Positions 46,501 to 56,067 of a DNA stretch of 64,000 nt are shown here, in pieces; position 1 is the stretch's first letter, and each line of letters begins with the position of its first letter. Made by a program: the position numbers and the translations under genes. This DNA comes from Epithemia pelagica (taxonomy: Eukaryota > Protista > Bacillariophyta). A model generated the notes under the pieces. It worked only from the letters and a program-made list of their open reading frames with translations, was not told the origin of the DNA and did not search any database. The DNA lies in NCBI GenBank assembly GCA_946965045.2, contig OX337239.1:2294001-2358000 (forward strand), given 5' to 3'.

Positions 46501-47761
46501 TGTGAATCAGAGACATCAATCCTTCAGGATGTTGCTTTTTCGACTTCCAGGGATAAACGTGGTCGAATCCTTTGCCGTCTGTAAAGATCGAGGCGCCCGT
46601 GTCCCCGTTCAGTGAAACTTCCTTGGCAAACATCTCGTCCGAGAACCAACGGCCTTTCACATTGGGGAATTTGAGCCACGGTGCCTTCTTGCGGACCTTA
46701 CGCTCAGATGGGATTAATACGTTTCGTACTCCAGCCTGTGTCGTCACTTTAAGCGTATTCTTCGCTTTGGGTAAACCAATGCCCCAACGTTGTGACAGTA
46801 CGGCTGCATCAAGCACTCCCTTTCCAGCAGGATCGGCTGGGGAAGACTCGTTAGCAGTCTTGATCATGTACAGCCGACGTTCACGTTTGTCCTCCGGGAC
46901 TACATCAGGCTCCTCCTTCTCTGGATGAACAGTGACCGTCGCTATCAAGCGTTCGTATAGGTCGTCGCCTTGTGCGTCGGCGTCCAGATCGGGTGATGGA
47001 TTGGCAAAAGCATGCTGGTACGTTCGCACTGCTTTGATGAGTCGTGGAATGGAGGATGCGGCAATCGAATTCGGATCGCCATTGCGAACGACAGTAGCGG
47101 CAGCTACACCCAGTTTCTCCTCCGCGTCCGCAAAGGCGGTAGAACGAGGTTGCCATGGGCTATCGGCAGTTAGCACAACTTGTGGCAAGTGTTCCAACTC
47201 GTCAGAAGTGGGTTTGCGAGTGGCGAAACCACTTATCACACCAGCCATGGTGAGCGGGATAGTGAGATCGGCATCCGGTATGTGGATACTATGCGTGCTG
47301 TGCGGGTCAAACTGTTTAGGTACGTCGTTGACAACGATGCCATGGGCACGCATCTGGTTCGGACAGAGTAACGAACTGCCCATACGGTCCCCTAAGAACA
47401 ATGCTTGGTGAATGACAAGCAAGTAAGACTGGTTTTCGCTGTCAGTCCAGACAGTAGCAACAGTCGCAATAGGGACATTGGTCAGCGGGTTATATTCCTC
47501 CGCGAACGGATGCACACTGATATAGCGGTGGGCTTCGGAGAGCATTACGAAGTCTCTTCCCACGGCACAGGTGTCCGCATGTGAGTCCAACTCACAGGTA
47601 AGCTCAATGGTCTCAACACCATATTCGTCGGTGTTCATAGCACATAGACGATGTGCGAAACGTTTAGAATAACTATAATGGGTGCCTACGTGTGCATTCG
47701 ATTGAACAATAAGATTCGTTTTATCAATTTTTACTGCGTCGGCAGCGGATGCACAGGGCAC
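43532..47761 (-). CDS. pol: Pol of element A (protease, integrase, reverse transcriptase, RNase H)
   Basis: ELDSHADTCAVG; FSDEMF..MVSDGA..PWQNAAEASIRE; DVQNAYLNA..RALYGLKSSA; YIDDLL; FVDADHAG..SEFVA..DNESV..NLADILTK. Same frame as gag. Confidence 0.92.
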   Translation of the reverse strand: MPCASAADAVKIDKTNLIVQSNAHVGTHYSYSKRFAHRLCAMNTDEYGVETIELTCELDSHADTCAVGRDFVMLSEAHRYISVHPFAEEYNPLTNVPIATVATVWTDSENQSYLLVIHQALFLGDRMGSSLLCPNQMRAHGIVVNDVPKQFDPHSTHSIHIPDADLTIPLTMAGVISGFATRKPTSDELEHLPQVVLTADSPWQPRSTAFADAEEKLGVAAATVVRNGDPNSIAASSIPRLIKAVRTYQHAFANPSPDLDADAQGDDLYERLIATVTVHPEKEEPDVVPEDKRERRLYMIKTANESSPADPAGKGVLDAAVLSQRWGIGLPKAKNTLKVTTQAGVRNVLIPSERKVRKKAPWLKFPNVKGRWFSDEMFAKEVSLNGDTGASIFTDGKGFDHVYPWKSKKQHPEGLMSLIHNVGIPQTMVSDGARELFLGKSREICNEYRIKMEKTVPYSPWQNAAEASIRELKKGVVKIMRTTGAPRRLWSYALKWCSHVRQLTASDIPELDGRTPFEHVIGSTPDISPLAMFQFYQPVYYRMPMAQFPFEKRLIGRWLGLADDCTDDMAYEILTQEGNHVTRKDVWAIPEDDLKNPTIHQQLLDYDTAIQTQMKEPPSDGTTGSDPPPDLFDEGELLEPLFPEAEALESDAYTPEELDEYLTAEVMLPRGGESARAKIIGRTKDAHGRPIGERDANPILDTRYYDVQFPDGSVESYATNMIAENLYSQVDPEGNAFNTLKAIVGHRSDETAVKRTDASFLDGTSHHTTKGWELQCELSDQSTVWLPLKDVKNGNMIEAAEYAVSTGIAKEPAFAWWVPRALRKRDRIIKKVKSRYWKRTHKYGIELPHSVEEALAIDRRTGTDFWRKAIEKEMKNVGIAFEFPADGEVPSGYKHIPCHMVFDIKSDLRRKARLVAGGHKTDPPKESTYSSVVSRDSVRIAFTIAALNGLDVLVGDVQNAYLNAPTKEKTYTTAGLEFGPDKVGQPALIVRALYGLKSSAARWRDHIAATLRDMGFKMCQADPDVWLRANTRPSDGFQYYEYVLVYIDDLLIVSHDPKTVMQDLQRRYTIKPDSIKPPDEYLGSEIRRYTIPDTQDPSNRDRWAMSADKYCKRALAEVETELEKSGEKLKSKVTTPIADGYRPELDATPELDARRANYYQGLIGILRWIVELGRIDITTAVSHMSRFMANPREGHLEQTLHIFAYLKKYDKSAIVFDDTTPDFDESRFTRPDWSEYYPDAAEPIPPNAPAPRGNAVTTTCFVDADHAGCRVTRRSQTGVLLFLQRAPIMWYSKRQNTVETSTFGSEFVAMKTAIEMIEAFRYKLRMMGIPLDGETNVFCDNESVFKNSTQPESVLKKKHNAIAYHRTREAQAAGLVRIAWEEGETNLADILTKLLPGPRLRFLAQRIMW

Positions 47762-47767
47762 ACTCCA

Positions 47768-49843
47768 TCAGGAGGAATTAGACTTGTCGGCAGACTTGTC
47801 AGAGACATTCGGGTCACGGACATCGAATTCAAGATCGGCGGAATAACGACCGCATACATTACGCCTTCGCTCTGCGGCAGCCAATTGTCCATTGGCAAGC
47901 ATAGTGTATTTCAAAGCTTCGTCGAACACTTCCGTGTGCTCGGCTAAGCGTCTGCACACATGGTACATTTGGCGCTCTTCTCGTTCATAGCCTGACATTT
48001 TAGACCAGCGCCAAGACCAAACTGGACTATTGTGTACAATAGTGTCGATCTCTTCGCGGAAGCTTCCTTTCAGCATACTTTGGTCATGCTTGGTAAGTGA
48101 GCGGACGTTGCGAGGCCCTTCAGCAAACTTGCCTTTGACCGGTAGCGGCAGCTTTACAAAGATGTCGCCGTGTTCCGGGACTGGTGGGATGGTCATATGA
48201 CTCATATCAGGACGTCCGTCCTCTTCCCATTGCCACATCGGTGGATAGGTCTCGTATTCCCCCATGGGGCGAGTACGTACGGATTTGACGGACGCAGATC
48301 CGGGTTCGTTCGGTTGTGCTTTAGCCTTATGCGCAAAACGTCCAAAGCTGTTGCCAGCTGAGGACTTTGTCGGCTGCGAATCATCTTCGGATGATTTTGC
48401 AGGTGAGGCGGAAGCGCGGAACTTAGAGTGCTTGTCTGGCGACGGTACGTTGTCAACAGAGGAGTCAAGCAAGTTCTCGTCCACTTCCATAATGACCGAT
48501 ACGTTGGTCTTAGCCTCAGGCTTAGCGTCGTCATCAATGTCTACTGAGATTGCGTCCTCAGCAGTACTCCCATGCGACGTTTTCGATCTCTTCGACGATG
48601 CGTTGGAAGAGTCGTCTGTGGTGACGGATCCAAGCTTCCGCTTTTCTTTGCGCTCTTTGCGAAGAGCCTGGACTTGTTTGCGTTCGTCCTCCGTCAGGTC
48701 TGCCCATTCGTCGGCATCGTAGTGACCAGCATGAACGCGGTCCTTCTTTTTCTTGCTCTTTTTCTGATTGCGCCCTTTGCCCTTTCCTTTACTTGGAGTG
48801 GTACTAGCAGCGGCGATCTTGCGAGAGTCGTCCTGCGTTTCGGTTTTGGCGGCACTGTGCACAGTCAAGAAGTATTGCTGGCACGCTTCGAAGTTCTCCA
48901 ACTTCTCCTGGTCACCGTTGACGACGGTCTTTGCTTGGACGAGCGTCGGATCGGTGATCCCATTCATGAAATCGGTCACTTTTTTCGTTTCCGCGACCGT
49001 TTCGCCAAGCTCTTCCAGGGTGTTGTGCGCATGTTGGTGACGGTGAATGTAGTCATGGAAGCGGTACTTCCCTCGTCCTGTAAACTTAGCATTTGCGATC
49101 TGCGCATAAGCCTGTTTCTTGCGCAGGATGCTCGCGGCCTGTCCAGTGGCTTGCCGCTTGACGGTTAGGTAGGCCTCACGGCCGTCCTTTGATTTCGCAT
49201 GCGTTTTAGCAAACGTCCATGCCGGACCATCGTAGATAAGAGGGTAGTACAGCTCATACACTCTGCGTCGGTCGGCTTTGTACTGGTCCCCCTCATGACG
49301 AGTGGTCGCGACTAGGTCGTCGTCAATGCAGTCGTAATCGGCGGTTAGTGCGTCGTCCGGTACGTCGGACTCCTCACGCAATACGTAGGTGAGCGGCACT
49401 CCCGTTGTCGGATTACGGTGCTGACCCAAGTACGTGCGCCACATTCCGTCGTGACGTTCCCAATCGGCAAGGTTCGTTAGCCTTTTGGGTGGTACTGGGT
49501 CATCCTGACCATCAGTGGTGGTGGCATTCGCGAGTTCCGTTACGCGTCTCATCCACTTGGTGATTACGTCACCAGTATAAGCACCAGCATCAAGGTCCTG
49601 ACCACGGACAGAACGGTATTCCAACCACATTCGGAAGCCAAGGAACTTGAGATTGAATTGGTAGGGTAGGGTGACACCGTCAGGTAGGTTCTTGGCTAAT
49701 GTCTTCAGCATGGGCTTGACTTCGTTGATAGGAAACTCCAGGAACTGATCCGTTGTCGTGAAGCCCTGTTGCGTTAGGTACCCAACGGTAGCATTGTCGT
49801 AGCCACAGCGGCCCAGTGCAGTACGGAAGGCATTTGCGGCCAT
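47768..49843 (-). CDS. gag: Gag of element A with C-terminal extension (691 aa)
   Basis: CoDi-type gag motifs (GVPLTYVLRE, DGREAYL, YIHRH, KKVTDFMNGITDP, HYDADEWADLTEDERKQV). Ends in TGA at 47768-47770. Confidence 0.88.
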   Translation of the reverse strand: MAANAFRTALGRCGYDNATVGYLTQQGFTTTDQFLEFPINEVKPMLKTLAKNLPDGVTLPYQFNLKFLGFRMWLEYRSVRGQDLDAGAYTGDVITKWMRRVTELANATTTDGQDDPVPPKRLTNLADWERHDGMWRTYLGQHRNPTTGVPLTYVLREESDVPDDALTADYDCIDDDLVATTRHEGDQYKADRRRVYELYYPLIYDGPAWTFAKTHAKSKDGREAYLTVKRQATGQAASILRKKQAYAQIANAKFTGRGKYRFHDYIHRHQHAHNTLEELGETVAETKKVTDFMNGITDPTLVQAKTVVNGDQEKLENFEACQQYFLTVHSAAKTETQDDSRKIAAASTTPSKGKGKGRNQKKSKKKKDRVHAGHYDADEWADLTEDERKQVQALRKERKEKRKLGSVTTDDSSNASSKRSKTSHGSTAEDAISVDIDDDAKPEAKTNVSVIMEVDENLLDSSVDNVPSPDKHSKFRASASPAKSSEDDSQPTKSSAGNSFGRFAHKAKAQPNEPGSASVKSVRTRPMGEYETYPPMWQWEEDGRPDMSHMTIPPVPEHGDIFVKLPLPVKGKFAEGPRNVRSLTKHDQSMLKGSFREEIDTIVHNSPVWSWRWSKMSGYEREERQMYHVCRRLAEHTEVFDEALKYTMLANGQLAAAERRRNVCGRYSADLEFDVRDPNVSDKSADKSNSS

Positions 49844-50339
49844 GGTTCAAGGGTCGGATGAAGGGTAGGAGGGTAGTAGAAGGTCAAACGGATGGCAAGG
49901 GAAGGCTTGTTCTTGTGCAGAAATTTGCAATTGTGATGAGAGGAGCGAATTTCTGTGAGCCAACAATCTGCGAGTGAATCGGCGAGTAGTCGTCCGGCGA
50001 TTCCGCGAGCGAGCGAGCTGGCGATCGGCGAATCCGCGAGTCGGCGAACCGGCGATTCCGCGAGCAAGCAGGCACGTGTCGAAAGCCAGCAGGCTTATAT
50101 AATTGGGTCGTACGGAGCGCGTGGATGGACGGTCCACGTGTACGAGCACGTGCACGGTACGTTGTGCAGTCGCAAGTCACAAATTAGCGAGTGGGTCCCA
50201 CAGTGACAAAACAAGTCACAGAGATGACGCAAGCGAGCGAGTGACGAAGCCGCTTAGCGCGAACAACTCCCGAGCGTTGATCAGGCGCTTGCCGTCCGGC
50301 GAACAGTGGGGAAACAACAGACAATTGGGTCTGATAAAC

Positions 50340-50579
50340 TGAATAAAAACTGACGGACAGACGCAATATACGGCTTGCAACAATCAAATTATCAGAAATT
50401 ATAATGACTAAACTAGGGGTGCCCTTTGGGGGCAAATCGCTCACGTAGGGGCCAAATAGCGACCACGGTACCCACTAGCGAACACATAACTAGGGGCCGG
50501 GCGATGCCAGGCGGTGCGTAGCGAGGCATGGCGAGGCCCTTCGTAGGTTACAAAGGGGGCGCCCGTGATTATTTATTCA
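50340..50579 (-). repeat. 5' LTR of copia element A
   Basis: Identical to 43170-43409. Confidence 0.95.
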
Positions 50580-50839
50580 AAATCTACCTTGGATCACAGA
50601 TGGGAGTCGTACACAGCTCCCACCAAAATCGGCCACATAGCCGTGGTAGATTCCACACATTCGTCGTTCATTGCCAAATATGGGCCACAATTTCAACACT
50701 CCTCTCAAATCAACCTTGCCGCTGCAATGTTGGTTTGTCATCGTCTTGTGGTCCTTGATTCATCCTAGGTGGTTCGCATCATGCTACCTCCACCTCCATT
50801 CAACCAAGTGGTTCCGCTCATGCATAATCCACTTATCAT

Positions 50840-53800
50840 TCACTCTGTGCCAAAGATGTGGTGAAGCAAGTTCCGAACAAACCCACGCCTCTTCTCTCCA
50901 TTTGGCAGGACCTTGGTCAACAAGTCCGCCTCGTTATCATGAGTGTTTATATAGGTCGTCCTCCACTCGTCCCTTGCCACACCCTCCCGCACAAAATGGT
51001 ATGCAATAGACTGGCTCTTCTTCTTTAGCGCCGAGTCTGGTATTGTAGTGTTCGCCAACACTGACTGATTGTCTCCATAGATTAAACTTGGACCGTCACA
51101 CGGTATTCCAAGCATCCTTAACTTGTACCGTAACCCTCGTAGGTATTCGCAACACTGCTTCATAGCAATAAATTCCGATCCAAAGGATGACGATTCGATT
51201 GATGTTTGCTTCTTGCTCCACCAATATGTCAATGCCAAATTCAGATAGACGAGAAAACCCGTTCGAGATCGTCTCGATACCGTGTCGGAAGCATGATCCG
51301 CATCGACTTTGGCGCGAATCACAAACCCCAATCCTCGAGGCTCCGGCATGTTGGGTGGGAGCTCCTCCTTGCCATCAATATGGCCAAACTCTGAAGCAGT
51401 CCAATCTCTCCGTTCAAAATCTGTTTCGTTAACGATGGGATCGCTTGGATCATACACAAGCTCTGCGTTGTGGTATTTCCTGAGGTATGCGAATACCTGC
51501 AGGACTTGTTGCATATGCCCCTCCCTCGGTAGGGCAAGATGGGACGACAACAATGATACCTCAAGGCAGATGTCGACTCTGCCTAACTCGACAATCCAAC
51601 GCAAAACTCCAATCAAAGATTGATAGTACGAGGCGTCTCCCGGTGACAACTCCGCTGAGACATCCAGTTCTGCTCTGTAGTTGGCCTTCATCGGCGTGTC
51701 TGCTTTGCTTGGTAGAGACCACCTTTTGTTCTCATCCTTGGACAGATGATCTTCCACATTCTTTACGGCGGCTTGAACGTATTGCGAAGAACTGAAGGCC
51801 CATGCTTCGGCTCCATTTTCAAGCACAACCTTCCGAACTCTTGCACCGAGATACAGACTTGGAGGGCCGACCGACTCCTCTTTCAACTCAAAGTATCGGC
51901 CAATTTCCTCCCGGAGAATCTTCTCCGCTCTCTCCCCGATGGCCAAGGCTTCGTCTACATAGAGCAATACATACTCGTAGTACGGTGATCCGTCAGACTT
52001 TTCTGCCGGCCTCATCCAGACATCTGGATCCGTAGGGCATGACTTGAAACCAAGATGACTCATACATGACCTGAGATGGTTCCGAAAATTCTTTCCCGCC
52101 GTCTTCCCTCCATATAGCGCGCGATGAACGAGTGCAACCTTGCCCACGTTCTCAATTCCAAACTCAGGACCACATATAATATAATCCTTTCTTGAGGATG
52201 GCGCCTGGAGGTACGCATTTCTGATGTCGGCGGCGAAGACATCAAGCCCATTCAGAGCGGCGTACGTGAAGCGATGCGTACGCTTTCTCTAGACACCACA
52301 CCGGCAAACGTTGATCCCTCTGGATCCGGTGTCTTGTGCCCATCGAGGACCCACCTGACCTTCCTGGTGAAGTCCATCTTCACGTCCCAGACTAGATGTC
52401 CGGTTACCAGGTGCCAACCATGGGGTGCCTTTTCTCCTTCGGCTAGGATTTTGAAGGCGACTCCAACATTGAACATCTCCTTGGCTAGAGCCTTCATCCA
52501 ATAGTCATTGCCGTTTCTCTTGTCAAGCTCCTTCGCATGCTCCACACTTGTAGGTATCTCTATACCATACTTGTGCCGGATCTGTCGTGCACGTGTCTTC
52601 AGTGCCGATATGATTGCGTCCCTGCGCCGCAATGTTGACTTGGCCCACCATTGAAACGCGGGCTCATCTTCCAATCCTCGTGCAACGGCAAACTCGGCCG
52701 TCTCAATAGGACATGATTCCTTCATGTCTGCCAATCGTTGCCAAGATTCGGATCCATCCTTCCACTTGACTAGCAGCCACCACCCTCTCGTCGTCTTCCT
52801 TGCCCTTCGTTTACCATGCCTGTCATAGACGTATTTGTCGCGTTTGGATACGGCCAGGGATTCGTCCTTTTTCCATTCGACTATCCCTTCCATCAGTCGC
52901 AGGTGTTTCCCATCTGTGTCAACCTCGGCAAGCATGCTTTCGGCTATGACATTGGCGGCATACTCCTTGACTTGGCCGTCCAAGAACTCGACTTCGTAGA
53001 GGATTGAGTTACTGTATGGGTCGTCATGGTATTTGCCAGACGTTGTCCCATCGGCCCCAATGGCTCTTCTCTTGACCACCCCCTTGCTGATCTCATCACC
53101 GATCTGCATCTGCACTTCAGCGTTGATCATCCTGTCGTAGGCAGGGCATTGGTTCAAGAGTCTTCCCGTGTTGTCGACTGTGTCTTCTATGTCCGGGGTG
53201 GTATATTGAGGTTGTTCGTCGTCCTCATACGGATCATAAAATTTTTCATCGTCGTCGGAAATAGTAGGTGGTGGTTGTATGGAGGTGCCATGCCTCCTCG
53301 CAATCAATGCGTTGAAGGCCTCACGCTTTGATTGCTCACTGGCACTGTAGATTTCAGATTCTTGTAGTGGGCGGGTAGAACGTCGTGGCACCACATTTCC
53401 ATTGGCTTTTAGAACCCATTGTGCCATCTCATTTCCTTCACCTTTGGCCGGTCCAAGGATACGACCTAGGACCTCTTGGTTGTGGGGAAACTTTGCTGTG
53501 TGCTCACGGAAGTAGCACCATTCGTACCACTGGTATCGTCCAAGACTCGAAATATCCCCCTCAACACCCAGCGTTGCGGTGTAGGGATTCGTTCCCCGAA
53601 CGGTGATGTAATCTCGAGCCGTGAGATTGTAAATTCGGACTCTCCTCTCTAGGCAGTAGTCCCAAAACGGAAGCGGGGAGTTCGCTTCGCGCATGTCTTT
53701 GCGAACCGCTTCCTTCATCAGCTTGATATACAACTCAGCTTTATTTGCCCAGGGCGTGCCCTTTTCCAACGCACGAAGAGTTGTTCCGATGTCGTTGAGG

Positions 53801-54700
53801 AATAATTTCATGTCGGAACTCGTTTGTTCCTTGGACATGTCACATATCAACGCATCAGGGGCCCCAATTTCTTTTGCAAAGATTTTCACGGCCATCAAAA
53901 CTTCCGATTTCCTCTTTATTGGCACCACATGCATGAAGCCTTTGTCGGTGACAAACAGTTGGCAACATGTGTGGCCACGAGACGACTTCCCTCCTTTCTT
54001 CGTCGCAAAGAAGGTGTCCATGTAGAAGTATTCTTCTATTCGTCGGTACCGGAGCATTCGGTCGTTGGTTCCATAATTCTGAGACAGAGTTGGATCTTTG
54101 GGCCTTTTGCCGCGCTGGGATGTCACAGCCAAGGTCCGTTTGGCATCATCGTGACTGATTCTCCATACTTTGGCGAGATGTTTGGCTCCAATTCCTTGGG
54201 GCTTGCCAGCATGCATACTCGAGACGAAGAACTCATCGAGGTCGATGTCCTCCAACATGCTCAGATCGATATCCATCTCATCGTCGCCCTCAGAGCCGTC
54301 ATCGCTATCAGGTTCATCCCATTTGTCCTCACCATCGCTTTCATTATGGATGGTTGTGGCCCCAATGGCTGCAACTTCCTTGCCATGGACCATTCTTTCC
54401 TCCAATTCCAGCGCCATCATGGATTCAACAAGAACCGAAGATATGCCAGATAGATGTCCTCCGATTTCATCATATGGCTCAATGGCAGCAGAATTGCGAC
54501 TCTCTGTCATATGGTTCCTCCAATGGTTTCGTGCTGCACATGTTCGATCGATTGCATGTGCTTCCATGGAAGAGATACGGTAATCTGCTTCGTCCTCCGG
54601 ATTGGGGATATCGTCAATGACAATTCGCAACTGGTCCTTCTTTTCCTCCAGGGTCCCATGGTTTTGTGTTGTCCGGCTGCAATATCCCTCATCTCAAGGA
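50840..54700 (-). pseudogene. pol: Disrupted pol of copia element B
   Basis: Integrase and RT/RH recognisable. 1-bp deletion near 52272 (VRIA|FTYAALNGLD), RT motif reads YVDE instead of YVDD, and the protease domain is missing between gag and the PWDP remnant. Confidence 0.88.
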
Positions 54701-54721
54701 TGAGGACATGGCCGGACGCCC

Positions 54722-55890
54722 TCACGAGAACTTCGCCTGCTTGAGGATGGACTGGAGGGTGGATGGTTTCTTGGGAGCAGCGGCTGGTGGTGCGGGTGGG
54801 AGAGCTAACTGTTCCTTGACAGCATTTTGAACCATGCTTGCAATTTGCGCTTGCAAATCGGTCGTCTCCTTTTCTTCTTCAATTTCATTCTTTGCGAACT
54901 TTTTAAGTTCCTTGGCCACGACGGAGGCCAGTTGCCGTTTGACAGACTTGTTGCTTTTCCCTTTCTTATCGTTCTGGTTGTTCTTCTTCTTTGAAGGGTT
55001 GGCTTTGCGCCATTCTCGCAGTTCGTCTTTCTGCTCATTGGTCAGGTTGTCATACTCACTGGGAGTATGGTATCGGAGATGGACCCCCGTCTTCCCAATG
55101 CTCTGCTTCTTCGCAGCAGTCGTGGAGCTCGCTTCAGCTGTCAAGGTAGTGTCATCGATCTCAACAGAAGAGATTTGCGCGGCATTGCGCTTGTTATTAG
55201 TGGCGGCGGCTCTTTTCTTGGCCGCAGGATCGTAGGGCAGAAGGTGTGCCGCGGCCTTCTCAAATCTGTTACGCATCCCATCAGGGTCAGTATCAGTGCG
55301 GACACTTGCCATTGCGGCTTGTAGTCCAGCATCAGAGCATTGAATCCCCTCAAGTAAGTACCCAACACGCGTGTGTTCGTTTGGCAGTTGATACGAAACA
55401 TGATCTGCACACTGCTGCATAGAGACATACGCATTTCTGTGCTGCGCAATGAACCCTTCTAACGGGAAACTGTTTTGTCCCTTCCATACTCGTGTATGAA
55501 GCAGGTCGTCTTGGCGCTTGATCTCAGCCTCCCATTTGTCTTGTCCTGCATACTGGCTTGTCAAAGCCGTCCATGCACCTCGACCATCCTTATTCCGTTG
55601 ATAAGGTTTAATAGACGCTGCATACGTCGTTCCTCTAGTTGCTTCCTCGAGGTGATAGTATACAGATGCATTGTCTTCTCTGTATAGTTCATGGTCGTGA
55701 GATGTGCGTGCCACCAACTCAACTTCAATAGAGCCGTACACTGTTGAGTGTGGCTTGTTGTTGGCTTGGGTAGGTGGAACCACAGGTACATCTACCTCCT
55801 GTCGAATCACATATGCCAAAGGAATGGTTCTCACTCCAATGAGACGGTGAAGGTAGTCCTGGAAAGCTTCGGTCCACTTGATAATAGGTA
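54722..55890 (-). pseudogene. gag: 5'-truncated gag of copia element B
   Basis: LPIIKWTEAF..GVRTIPLAYVIR, DGRGAW, LPNEHTRVGYLL, YHTPSEYDNLTNEQKDELREWR. An upstream in-frame stop is followed by loss of recognisable gag sequence. Confidence 0.8.
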
Positions 55891-56067
55891 GGGCCTACGA
55901 TTCTTGAAATGGTGGGGCCTCGGGCTCGGGGTCCAATTCCAATATCAGAGATAACAGGGGGTGTCTTCAGTGATGACACAAAAAGATGGGGCAGACTCTG
56001 TATCCCAGAAAATAATAGAGGAGTATATTGGTAAAATGTACAAATATAGGAGTAGCAGTTTGTAGTA

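Larger units (their letters stand above)
43170..50579 (-). mobile_element. Young full-length Ty1/copia (CoDi-like) LTR retrotransposon A (7410 bp)
   Basis: Two identical 240-bp LTRs. Order gag, PR (LDSHADT), IN, RT (YIDD), RH (FVDADHAG). PPT-like GATTTTGTTCGCGGGGAC next to the 3' LTR. AAAT direct repeats at 43166-43169 and 50580-50583. Confidence 0.95.
43118..55900 (-). mobile_element. Older decayed Ty1/copia (CoDi-like) element B, 5'-truncated, with its 3' LTR interrupted by element A
   Basis: 3' LTR rebuilt from 43118-43169 plus 50584-50698 (~167 bp, TGTTG...CAACA ends). PPT GATTTGAGAGGAG at 50699-50711. Broken pol and partial gag. No 5' LTR found; right boundary approximate. Confidence 0.85.

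Noticed and set aside
50300-50339. Primer-binding site of copia A (GTTTATCAGACCCAA on the minus strand), resembling a half-tRNA priming site
   Set aside because: Only a loose match to the tRNA-iMet anticodon arm; needs the host tRNA set to assign.
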